Positions 53,001 through 64,000 of a stretch of DNA of 64,000 bases are shown in pieces (position 1 is the first letter of the stretch; every line of letters begins with the position of its first letter). The notes beneath the pieces were generated by a model. The model had not been told where the DNA came from, made no database searches, and was given only the letters and a program-made list of their open reading frames with translations. This DNA is from Chiloscyllium plagiosum (taxonomy: Eukaryota), in the NCBI RefSeq assembly GCF_004010195.1, contig NC_057719.1, positions 39,546,252 through 39,610,251 of the forward strand. Reading direction: 5' to 3'. The translations under genes were made by a program, and so were the position numbers.

Positions 53001-54079
53001 ATAAGAATTTGGACAAGGATTTCATTTTATTGAAAACCTGGTGGAGTAGTACAATTTTCTAATCTACGTGGTATGGAATAGGTTGTCTGAGGGAGAATTC
53101 CTCTCTTTCCACCTCCCTCCCCCCAAAATTGTTTCTTATCAAATATGTTTCCAGCTTTCCATCCTGTTAAGTACTTTGAGTAAATGCAGAACTCCTCCAA
53201 AAATGTGAACTCTGCCCAAGTTATGAACAAATTTCTTCACGCTAACTGAATTATTTTAAAAGTAGCCACTTTTTGCAACAATAATTTTAAAAGTCCTTCA
53301 AGCAATGACGTTTGACTATAGATAATTATAGCTGGTAAATGTGATGGCTTTGCACAGAATCTGAAAGCTAAAACTTTAAATGGAACCCCCTTAAATAGTT
53401 CTGAAAAGGGTAAATCTTTCCCTTCCTAGTTATCCATTTGTTGTTCATCTATTGAAAGTGACAGATTACCAATATAATATAAGCTAACTTTGTGGAACCT
53501 CCAGATTGCAGGTCAAATCTGGCTCAGTCTATGGTTTTAAAATCTCAGAATCAGAATTGTTATGGCAGGAAGAGGCCATTTGATCTATGGCACTCACACC
53601 ATTCTTCAAACGCGCATTGTTCCCTTGGGAAGTTTTACTGCTTTCTCTCCTTGCACATTCTTTCTATCCAAATAATCATCCAATGTCCTCTTGAATGCTG
53701 CAATTGAATCTGCCTCCACCACAATTCTAGGCAATGCATTCCATACCCTAAATAATTACTGAGTGTACAAGTTTTTTCTCATATCATCCTTGCTTCTTTT
53801 GCACATCTCTTTACATCTATACCATCTTGTTTCTTTTACGAGCAGGAAGCTTTCTCCTCTTTACTGTATCCAGCCAGCTCATGATTTTGAAAGCCTCAAT
53901 TAGATCTCCTTTCAGCCGCCTTCCTTCCAAGGGGGCCGGACTGAACCTTTACAATTTTTCCTCAACTGAGATTTCCCATTCCAGGAACCATTCTTTTCTT
54001 CGCTTCTGCACTCTCTAGTACATTTGCATCTTATCTAAAATGTAGCACTCGTGCTTTAATAATATTCATGGCATGCTAT

Positions 54080-56165
54080 TCTGTCACTCCCTTAAATTCT
54101 ATTATATTTAAAATAGTGATGGAAAAGGATAGACCAGATCTAAAAGTTAAAGTTCTAAATTGGAGAAAGATCAATTTTGATGGTATTAGGCAAGAGCTTT
54201 CAAAAACTGCTTGGTGCCAGATGTTCGCAGGTAAAGGGACGCCTGGAAAATGGGAAGCCTTCAGAAATGAGGTATCGAGAATCCAGAGAAAGTATATTCC
54301 TGTTAGGGTGGAAGGAAAGGCTGGTAAATATAGGGAATGCTGGATGACTGAAGAAATTGAAGGTTTGGTTAAGAAAAAGAAGGAAGCATATGTAAGGTAT
54401 AGACAGGATAGATCGAGTGAATCCTTAGAAGAGTATAAAGACAGTAGGAGTATACTTAAGAGGGAAATCAGGAGGGCAAAAAGGGGACATGAGATAGCTT
54501 TGGAAAATAGAATTAAGGAGAATCCAAAGGGTTTTTACAAATACGTTAAGGACAAAAGGGTAACTAGGGAGAAAGTAAGGCCCCTCAAAGATCAGCAAGG
54601 CAGCCTTTGTGTGGAGCTGCAGAAAATGGGGAGATACCAAACGAGTATTTTGCATCAATATTTACTGTGGAAAAGGATATAAAAGATATAGACTGTAGGG
54701 AAATAGATGGTGACACCTTGAAAAATGTCCATATTACAGAGGAGGAAGTACTGGATGTCATGAAATGCCTAAAGGTGGATAAATCCTCAGGACCTGATCA
54801 AGTGTACCCTAGAACTCTGTGGGAAGCTAGAGAAGTGATTGCTGGGCCACTTGCTGAGATATTTGTATCATCGATAGTCACAGGTGAGGTGATGGAAGAC
54901 TGGAGGTTGGCTAATGTAGTGCCACTGTTTAAGAAAGGTGGTAAGGACAAGCCAGCGAACTATAGACCGGTGAGCCTGATGTCAGTGGTGGGCACGTTGT
55001 TGGAGGGAATCCTGAGGGACAGGATGTACATGTATTTGGAAAGGCAAGGACTGATTAGGGATAGTCGACATGGCTTTGTGCATGGGAAATCATGTCTCAC
55101 AAACTTGGTTGAGTTTTTTGAAGAAGTAACAGAGAGGTTTGATGAGGGCAGAGCAGTNNNNNNNNNNNNNNNNNNNNNNNNNNNNNNNNNNNNNNNNNNN
55201 NNNNNNNNNNNNNNNNNNNNNNNNNNNNNNNNNNNNNNNNNNNNNNTACAGTTAGTAAGTTTGCAGATGACACCAAATTGGAGGTGTAGTGGACAGTGAA
55301 GAGGGTTACCTCAGATTACAACAGGATCTGGACCAGATGGGCCAATGGGCTGAGAAGTGGCAGATGGAGTTTAATTCAGATAAATGCGAGGTGCTGCATT
55401 TTAGGAAAGCAAATCTTAGCAGGATGTATATACTTAATGGTAAGGTCCTATGGTGTGTTGCTGTATAAAAAGACCTTGGAGTGCAGGTTCATAGCTCCTT
55501 GAAAGTGGAGTCGCAAGTAGATAGGATAGTGAAGAAGGCATTTGGTATGCTTTCCTTTATTGGTCAGAGTATTGAGTACAGGAGTTGGGAGGTAATGTTG
55601 CAGCTGTACAGGACATTGGTTAGGCCACTGTTGGAATATTGCATGCAATTCTGGTCTCCTTCCTATCGGAAAGATGTTGTGAAACTTGAAAGGGTTCAGA
55701 AAAGATTTACAAGGATGTTGCCAGGGTTGGAGGATTTGAGCTATAGGGAGAGGCTGGACCTTTTTCCCTGGAGCGTCAGAGGCTGAGGGGTTATAAACCT
55801 TATAGAGGTTTACAAAATTATGAGGGGCATGGATAGGATAAATAGGCAAAGACTTTTCCCTGGGGTCGAGGAGTCCAGAACTAGAGGGCATAGATTTTGG
55901 GTGAGTGGGGAAAGATATAACCAATACCTAAGGGTATCTTTTTCACACAAAGGGTGATACATGTATGGAATGAACTGCCAGAGGAAGTGGTGGAGGCTGG
56001 TACATTGCAACATTTAAGAGGCATTTGGATGGTTATATGCATAGGAAGGGTTTGGAGGGATATGGGCCGTGTGCTGGCACGTGGGACTAGATTGCGTTGG
56101 TATATCTGGTTGGCATGGACGGATTGGACCGAAGGGTCTGTTTCCATGCTGGATATCTCTATGAC
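54080..56165 (+). mobile_element. CR1 LINE ORF2 (frameshifted, with gap) and 3' end
   Basis: ORFs 54068-54682, 54607-55299 and 55481-55786 carry KSSGPDQVYPR, NYRPVSL, GKSCLTNLVEFFEEV and LVRPLLEYC. Confidence 0.93.
55158..55246. other. Assembly gap
   Basis: Run of N. Confidence 1.
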
Positions 56166-56492
56166 TGTAAGTAAATGAGATTCGTTAACTGAAATATTTC
56201 CAGCACAGACACTTTCCCAAAAAGTATTCTGTTGAACCAATTGTGAATAAAATGCATTATAAATGTCATTAAAATGCTTGTCCAGTATCCACTGTTAATA
56301 ATTTTGTGAACATTGTGTCACCTTTGCCAATTTAGCTCGGCTGTTATCAATTAATAAGGTTGGATGGATTTTTCATTATACTACTTAGTTGAGTGGAACT
56401 GCTGCAGTCCCATGTGCTGCAAGTAGACGCTGGATGAACCAGGAAATCAACTGATTACTGAACACCAGGCATGTAAGGTTCAAGTCAGATGA

Positions 56493-57168
56493 GGAGAAAG
56501 TGAGGTCTGCAGATGCTGGAGATCAGAGCTGGAAATGTGTTGCTGGAAAAGCGCAGCAGGTCAGGCAGCATCCAGGGAANNNNNNNNNNNNNNNNNNNNN
56601 NNNNNNNNNNNNNNNNNNNNNNNNNNNNNNNNNNNNNNNNNNNNNNNNNNNNNNNNNNNNNNNNNNNNNNNNNNNNNNNNNNNNNNNNNNNNNNNNNNNN
56701 NNNNNNNNNNNNNNNNNNNNNNNNNNNNNNNNNNNNNNNNNNNNNNNNNNNNNNNNNNNNNNNNNNNNNNNNNNNNNNNNNNNNNNNNNNNNNNNNNNNN
56801 NNNNNNNNNNNNNNNNNNNNNNNNNNNNNNNNNNNNNNNNNNNNNNNNNNNNNNNNNNNNNNNNNNNNNNNNNNNNNNNNNNNNNNNNNNNNNNNNNNNN
56901 NNNNNNNNNNNNNNNNNNNNNNNNNNNNNNNNNNNNNNNNNNNNNNNNNNNNNNNNNNNNNNNNNNNNNNNNNNNNNNNNNNNNNNNNNNNNNNNNNNNN
57001 NNNNNNNNNNNNNNNNNNNNNNNNNNNNNNNNNNNNNNNNNNNNNNNNNNNNNNNNNNNNNNNNNNNNNNNNNNNNNNNNNNNNNNNNNNNNNNNNNNNN
57101 NACGTCGATTCTCCTGTTCCCTGGATGCTGCCTGACCTGCTGCGCTTTTCCAGCAACACATTTCCAGC
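56493..57168. mobile_element. Palindromic Penelope-terminus insertion spanning an assembly gap
   Basis: Same arms as 47910; TCAAGTCAGATGA duplicated at 56480-56492 and 57169-57181. Confidence 0.8.
56580..57101. other. Assembly gap
   Basis: Run of N. Confidence 1.
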
Positions 57169-58425
57169 TCAAGTCAGATGACCCGGACCTACAAAGAAAA
57201 TCCAGATATGACCTCCACAAGTTATTAGAAATGCCAAGAGACACAACTGGACCAAGTTAGGTGTCTAAACCAACCATACGGACAGCAGCCACATGTGCCA
57301 AAGCTGAAACAACATAATGGAATACAAAATGACGCAGAGTAAAATAGCGGGCAAAGACAAATCCCTCCCTGATGCTCAATCCTTTCTATGCTCAGTTTAA
57401 TCAGAACGTAAGTAAGATGGCGTCATCTGCTCTGCCAGCCCCGGACATACCTGTGCCCTCTGTCTCCATGCAGATGTCAGATCAATCTTCCTGAGAGTCA
57501 ACCCAAGAAAAGCAACGGGGCAGGACAGAGTCCCCAGCCATGTACTTAGATCCAGATCAGACCAGCAGGCAGAGGTATTTACTGACATCTTCAGCTGAAT
57601 TCCCACCTGCTTTAAGAAGACCACCATCATCCCAGTACCTAAGAAAGCACGTGCAGCATGCCTTAATGACTACCGTCCAGTGGCTCTGACCTCCATAATC
57701 ATGAAGTGCTTTGAGAAGCTGGTCATGGTCCATAACAACTCTCGCCTCAGCCTGCCTCGATCCCCCACAATTTGCCTACCAATGTAACAGGTCCACAGCA
57801 GATGCCATTTCTTCTATCCCTGGAACATCTGGATTGTATTAGACTCCTGCTCATCGACCACAGTTCCACCTTCAACACTATTATCCCCTCCAGACTGATC
57901 TTAAAACTCTTAGGTCTAAGTTTCGCCCTCTGAAACTGGATCCTCAGTTTCCTCACCCAAAGACCACAAGATAGACAACAGCACCTCCTCCATGACAAAC
58001 ATCAATACTGCAGACCCCCAAGAATGCGTTTTCAGCCCCCTACTATACTCCCTATACAACCACAACTGTGTAGTCACATTCCGAATGAATGCCATCTACA
58101 AGTTTGCTGATGACACCAACTTGATAGGACAGATATCAAACAAAGATGAGTCAGAGTACAGAAAGGGGAGAGGGCTAGGTGACATGGTGCAATAATAACA
58201 ACCTCCCAGTGTCAGCAAAACTAATCTGACCATTGACTTCAGAAAGAAAAGAGGAAGATACGCCCCCATCTACATAATGAAGCCGAAGTTGAGGAGGTTG
58301 ATAGTGTTGAGTTCCTAGGAGTAATGATAACCAACGGTCTGTCCTGGACTTCCCATGTAGATGCAATGGTCGAGAAGGCACAACAATACCTCTTCTTCCT
58401 CAGGTGGCTTAGGAAATTTGGCATG

Positions 58426-58924
58426 ATTAGATTAGATTCCCTACAGTGTGGAAACATGCCCTTCAACCCAACAAGTCCACACCGACCCTCCAAAGAGTGA
58501 CCCACCCAGACCCATTACCCTACCCTATATCTATCCCTGACTAATGCACTTAACACTACAGGGCACATCTTTGGACTGTGGGAGGAAACCGGAGCACCTG
58601 GTGGAAACCCACGCAGACACGGGGAGAACGTGCAAACTCCACGCAGTCAGTCGCCTGAGGCGGGAATTGAACCCGGGTTTCTGGCGCTGTGAGGCAGCAG
58701 TGCTAACCACTGAGGCAGCAGTGCTAACCACTGTGCCACCGTGCCGCCCACGGATTTAGCATGGCCAATTCACCTAACCTGCACATCTTTGGACTGGGAG
58801 GCACCCGGAGGAAACCCACGCAGACACGGGGAGAATGTGCAAACTCCACACAGTTGCCCAAGGTGGGAATTGAACCCGAGTCCATGGTGCTGTGAGGCAG
58901 CAGTGCTAATCACTGAGCCACCGT
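58426..58924 (-). mobile_element. Dimeric HE1-like SINE inserted in the Rex1-like element
   Basis: Two head/core units and one tail; GCATG at 58421 and 58925; 21-bp tandem duplication at 58690-58731. Confidence 0.82.
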
Positions 58925-61900
58925 GCATGTCCATAAGGACCCCCACCAACCCCTACAGATGCACCATAGAAAACATACTATTTGGTTGAATAAGAGCCTG
59001 GGATGGCAACTGCTCTGCCCAGGGCCATAAGAAGCTACAGAAGGTTGTGTACACAGCCCAGACCATCATGGAAGCTAGCCTTTCACCCATGGACTCCATT
59101 TCATCCTGTTGTTGCTGCAGAAAGGCTGCCAGCTTCTTCAGTAATGCTCTCCTACAACCTCTTCTGTTAGGCAGAAGATACAGAAACTTGAACACAGACA
59201 CTAACAGGTTCACGAACAGCTTCTTCCCTGCTGTTATTAGACTGAATGGACTCCCTAACCTCAAACAATGTTGATCTTGCTTCGTGCACATCTGTGGGGT
59301 GTAATCTATATGCTTCATTCTGTCCAAGTTTTTTTTCATCCTATGATCTGTCTGTCTTTGCTTACTATGATCTGCCTTGCGCACAAACAAAGCTTTTCAT
59401 TGTACTTAGATACACATGACAATAAATGAAATCATCATCCTCATCGTCATCGTTAGGGAGGGATTTGCAGGATTATAACCCAATGACAGGGAAGTAATTT
59501 CCAAGTCAGGATGGCGAGTGAATTGAGGGGAACTTTCAAGAGGCACCATTGTTCCCACTATATCTTAACCATTTCAAAGTGGTAGTTGGCTCACTTTTAC
59601 TAATTTCGATGAGCTTTTGTTTTGGGGTCTCCCTGCTTTTGGTCTATAAAATGCATGACTTATTCAACTTCTTCCGCGGAGCTTTGAATACTATCACTCT
59701 CCTTCCTGATCTCAGTCTGTCTCATGAAGCGTACAATCTTTTTAAGGCCTCCCTCTTAAGATTGCAATTGATGAGACAAGTCCTCACCTATCACCAATGA
59801 CTATATGATCCCATGGCAGTTCATTCTTTAAACTGCTGTATGCATTATTTACTGCCAATCTGCAAAGGTCCTTGCTAAAAGGGATCGATGGACTCTCCCT
59901 TTATGTCTGTTTGTTAAATTTAGCCCATTGGATGATCAAGTTTTTTATGGATATTAAAATGTGTTGAAGACTTGCAATTCTTCCTCCTAAGCAGATAAAG
60001 TCATCCATTCCTTGTCTCGTCAGTACATCTTGATGATTCTGATTGCATGGAGCAAAGTTACTGACCTGATCTTCTGATCCATTCTATTTAAACGCTGAGG
60101 TTTTTCTGATACCAAGCAAAACACTACCTCAGATAGGAAGTTAGTAGGAGTAGGTCATTCAACCTGTTGAGCCTGACCCACTAATCAATGCAGTTATGGC
60201 TGACTGAACACTTCAATGCCATTTAATCACCCCATCCCCAAATCTCTGAACTTCACTGGTAATCAAAAATTTATGAATTTTTGCATTAGGTATAACTTAA
60301 GTACTGACCTTCCACAGCCATCGGGTGCAGAGAATTCTAACAATTCACAACCCTCTGACCAAAAAAAACTGCTAATTTTATTTGTAGGATGTGGGCATCG
60401 CAGACCAGGCCAACATTTATTGCCTCACTAATTGGACAAAGTCAATCATGTTGCTATGGGGTCTGGAGACTCATGTGGCCAGACCAGGTAGGAACAGCAC
60501 ATTTTCTTCCTCAAAGGTCATGAATGAACTAGATGTGTTTTTACAGCAATCGACAGTGGTTACATGATCACCATTAAGGTCAGCTCTTTATTCCAGGTTT
60601 TATTGAATTCAAATTCCACTATCTACCATAGTAGGAGTTGAATGCCTGTGTCCGTGCCAGAGGTTCTGCATTGTTGCCCAGTGATACTACCACAAGCAGA
60701 GAGCAACAGAGACACACCATTAAGAGCCACCATGTCAGTGATGCTCTGTCAGAAATACAATGTCGTACTATCCCTAATTTGTTGTGTAAGCCATGACTGA
60801 GGCACCTTTCTAGTGTTATTTTTGCATCAGACAGAATGAATAATTGTAATTTATGCACATATTCTTTAAATATTAGCCTATCCACTGCCAACCTTTTTAG
60901 TAATGTTCCCCAATCAATCGTTGTCAACTCACACTCATATCCTAATTGCTCCCTTTATTAATATTCAGGATCTTAGTTTTGGATTCAATTTATTCATTCT
61001 GTCTTGATAAACATGTCGATCATTTTTGGATGCTCTTCCCCAGTGGATCCTGCACAACAAGATCATTCATTAATCCCTTCTCATTGCATAATATCCTGTA
61101 TAAGAAAGCCTGCTCTGTAGTTGATTCCTCCAACATATTGGTCTAGAAAACAAACGTAAATGTTCTAGGAAATTTTCCTCTATTATTGCTAGTTGATTTT
61201 ATTCAATTGTATATAAATTAAAGTTACCAGTGATCACAGTTCTGGCACATCTTTAATCTTTCATTTGTGTTATTAATTCATTTCACCTTTTTAGAATGTT
61301 CTGTGTATTGTGACAATGCCTTTAGACGACTTTTTAATTCTGTTAGGCAGCTTTATTTTGCACTATGACTCCATTTGTTTTTCACCCTTGTTGTTTCTGC
61401 CACTTTTGCTTCTTAGTTTTCTGACGTTCATTTCTACCTTTGAACCCCCCTTTTCTGCCTCCATGCTCAGGATCCCAGATAGGATCTTCTATTTGGTCAC
61501 TCATCAAGAAAAGAAGGATGAGTCAATGAGTAAAGAGATAGGGGACCCATGGGAAGAAGCTCAGAAGGATCAGACTTTGTAAATGTCAAACAGTTCTGAA
61601 GTTCTTTCAGCTTGTCTGAATGATAGAGGAATCTAATCAAAAGAGGAGAGCAAAAAGGAATGTAATGAGGGTAGGGGACAGTAGGAAAATAATCCAATGG
61701 TAATGTACCATATTGGTACCAACAACATAGGCAGGATGAGGAAAGAGGTTTTACAAGGTGGAATGTGGATTCAAGATACCAAATTAGGAAGTAGAACCTA
61801 ACAAACTGTGGATAATTACGTGAACCATGTACAAATTTATGAGCGTTTTTAAAATCTTTGTTCTAAGGATTCTTATTATTGGACTAAAACTGAAAGCTGT

Positions 61901-61994
61901 TGAAGTTTCTACTGTTCTAAACACTAATTTCAATGTAAAGTTCCATTTTTCTTTACCATTATGGCATCTTCATAGAAAAGTAATATGAAGATAT

Positions 61995-62505
61995 ATATCA
62001 CAGAAACAGACCCTTCAGTCCAACTCACCCATGACGGCCAGATATCTTAAATTATATCCAGTCCCATTTACCAGTATTTGTCCCATATCCCTCCAAACAC
62101 TTGCTATTCACATACATATCCAGATGCCTTTTAAATGTTGTAATCATGTCAGCCTTCACCACCTCCCCTGGCAGCTCATTCCATACATACACCACCCTCT
62201 GTGTGAAGAAGTTGCCTCTTGGGTGCCTTTTAAATTTCTCCCTTCACCTTAAAACTATGCCTTCTAGTTTTGGACTCCCCTACCCTGTGAAAAAGACCTT
62301 GCCTTTTTCCCCATCCAGGTCCCTCATGGTTTTATAAACGTCTCTAAGGTCACCTTCATCCTCTGACACTCCAGGGAAAATAGTCCTAGTCTATTCAATC
62401 TCTCCCTATAACTCAAACCCTCCAACCCTAGCAATTTCCTCATAAGTCTTTTCTTAACCTTTTCAAGTTTCACAACGTCCTTCCTATAGCAAGGAGACTA
62501 GAATT
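61995..62505 (-). mobile_element. CR1 3' end
   Basis: CAGAAACAGACCCTTCAGTCCAAC tail; reverse complement encodes FFTQRVVYVWNELP. Confidence 0.8.
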
Positions 62506-62817
62506 GCCAAATAAAACTTTGATTTTGTCATTCAAACTGTCAAAATTAAAAAAAGTTTTACTAAGTTTATTTAGTACTTTCATAATTCAAATTACAATCA
62601 TAACTCTTAATCCTGATTTTTTAAATTCGTTTTTTAAGCCTGTACCTGAGGAAGTACCTTAACTTTCCATTAACTTTGCAGTTGAATAAACAATTCAAAA
62701 ATGTATTAACTCGTTGTTAGAAGTCTGCTCTGTTGTTCAAACTAGTTTTTCAGGTGGAGACAAAACTTCTCGTCCCTTCCTTTCAGGGATCAAATTTATT
62801 TTGGTTATCTGGTAATG

Positions 62818-62948
62818 AGTTGAAAAGTGTGGCGCTGGAATAAGCACAGCAGATCAGGTAGCATCCGAGAAGCAGGAGAGTCAATGTTTCGGGCATAAGC
62901 CCTTCATCGGGAATGTTCTCTAGCATCTGCAGTCCTCACTTTCTCCTA
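62818..62948. mobile_element. Truncated Penelope-terminus insertion
   Basis: One arm plus the inverted tail; GTTATCTGGTAATG duplicated at 62804-62817 and 62949-62962. Confidence 0.8.
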
Positions 62949-63790
62949 GTTATCTGGTAATGCGCCTCCTTTGGTTGGTAGTCAATTTAGATTTCTCCAT
63001 TTATTGCCAGTGCAATGTTTCAGTTCTTGCTGTTTTTTTTAAAGGCACATTTCCATAATTATTTACTGTAAAAGGCTCTTTGAAACTTATGGTAGTCTGG
63101 TTGTTTCTGTGGAGTAGTTTTCTCTTCAGAGCTGTTCCCTTCATGGCAGCTATTAAACCGTGTAGCCTTTCTGGCTGCTAGCTGGTCTTAAAGTTGGCCT
63201 GACAATTTGTTGAATTTTATTTCAATTCTTCTCTTCAATAGGGGATCTTGGGTCCATTTCTTGATGATCACTTCTGGGTCAACTTTTCTTGGCAGTGAAT
63301 CTCATTGCTGTCACCATCCTTTATTCATGTGAATTAATGCTTCACAATGAGATTGGATCCAAAACAGGCTAGTAAAAGAGAAGGCAAAGACAAGAACAGT
63401 CTGCAGGTTTGGACTTTAGAGTAACACTATTTATTACATTTTAATATCAAATAAAGAGATAAATGGTTGTCATAGATATCCCATGAATTAGGAAAGTACT
63501 AATCTGCCGCCTTCGTGTGTGCATGTCCATGTGCTTTCAAAACTCTATCTCTTATTAGAATGTAGTGAAGAGTGGTAGTATTCAAAGAGAGAATTATATT
63601 CTTATCTAACTTTGTGTTATTTATACTCAGTGATATGCAACTCTGTGACTTCATTGCTTTGTTGCTTCAGGATCCTGAAGCCCTTACATAACAGTAAACA
63701 CACAGTAGGTTGAAGTATAAAGGAAGAAATGTGATTGCAGCTTGTTCGGAAGATACAATGATAACCACCAGCAATTTTAGCATATTTACA

Positions 63791-64000
63791 TTAGATGATT
63801 GATTAGATTACTTACAGTGTGGAAACAGGCCCTTTGGCCCAACAAGTCCACACCGACCCGCCGAAGAGCAACCCACCCAGACCCATTCCCCTACATTTAT
63901 CCCTTCACCTTACACTATGGGCAATTTAGCATGGCCAATTCACCTAGCCTGCACATTTTTGGACTATGGGAGGAAACCGGAGCACCCGGAGGAAACCCAC
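63791..64000 (-). mobile_element. HE1-like SINE, cut by the window end
   Basis: GATTAGATTACTTACAGTGTGGAAACAGGCCC tail and core, near-identical to the copy at 32284. Confidence 0.85.

Larger units (their letters stand above)
56420..59430 (+). mobile_element. Rex1/Babar-like non-LTR retrotransposon, degraded, with nested insertions
   Basis: [65 protein letters not shown] near the 3' end. Confidence 0.85.

Noticed and set aside
54068..56165. Potentially active CR1
   Set aside because: 5'-truncated and frameshifted, with no ORF1 or endonuclease start.
56485..57260. Long ORFs of 211-241 aa in all six frames
   Set aside because: Artefacts of translating through N runs; the same applies to the ORFs over 32795-33867.
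51200..64000. A downstream neighbour gene (CKB lies next to MARK3 in human)
   Set aside because: No recognisable exons on either strand.
1..64000. CRISPR arrays, operons, rRNA genes
   Set aside because: Eukaryotic intron-exon sequence; no regularly spaced repeats or rRNA-like sequence seen.

Overview
Vertebrate genomic DNA, most likely from a shark (inferred from HE1/V-SINE and Deu-domain SINEs and dense CR1 LINEs), with three assembly gaps. The + strand carries the 3' half of a MARK3 (C-TAK1/Par-1a) gene: 11 exons from the end of the kinase domain through the UBA domain and spacer to the KA1 domain (stop at 49671), then a 3' UTR. The main finding is an 83-nt frameshifting cassette exon (41338-41420) that resembles the MARK4S-specific exon. 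It shifts the last two exons into a second open frame that also looks MARK4S-like ([40 protein letters not shown]). This predicts a KA1-less MARK3 isoform whose stop lies in the last exon, so it should escape NMD. The second theme is a set of Penelope-like retroelement ends with minimal hammerhead ribozyme cores; several are short asymmetric palindromic insertions with 13-16 bp target-site duplications (TSDs). The rest is nested CR1, Rex1/Babar, SINE, solo-LTR and DNA-transposon relics. All protein and repeat-family identifications are from recall, not database searches, and repeat boundaries are approximate unless a TSD is given.
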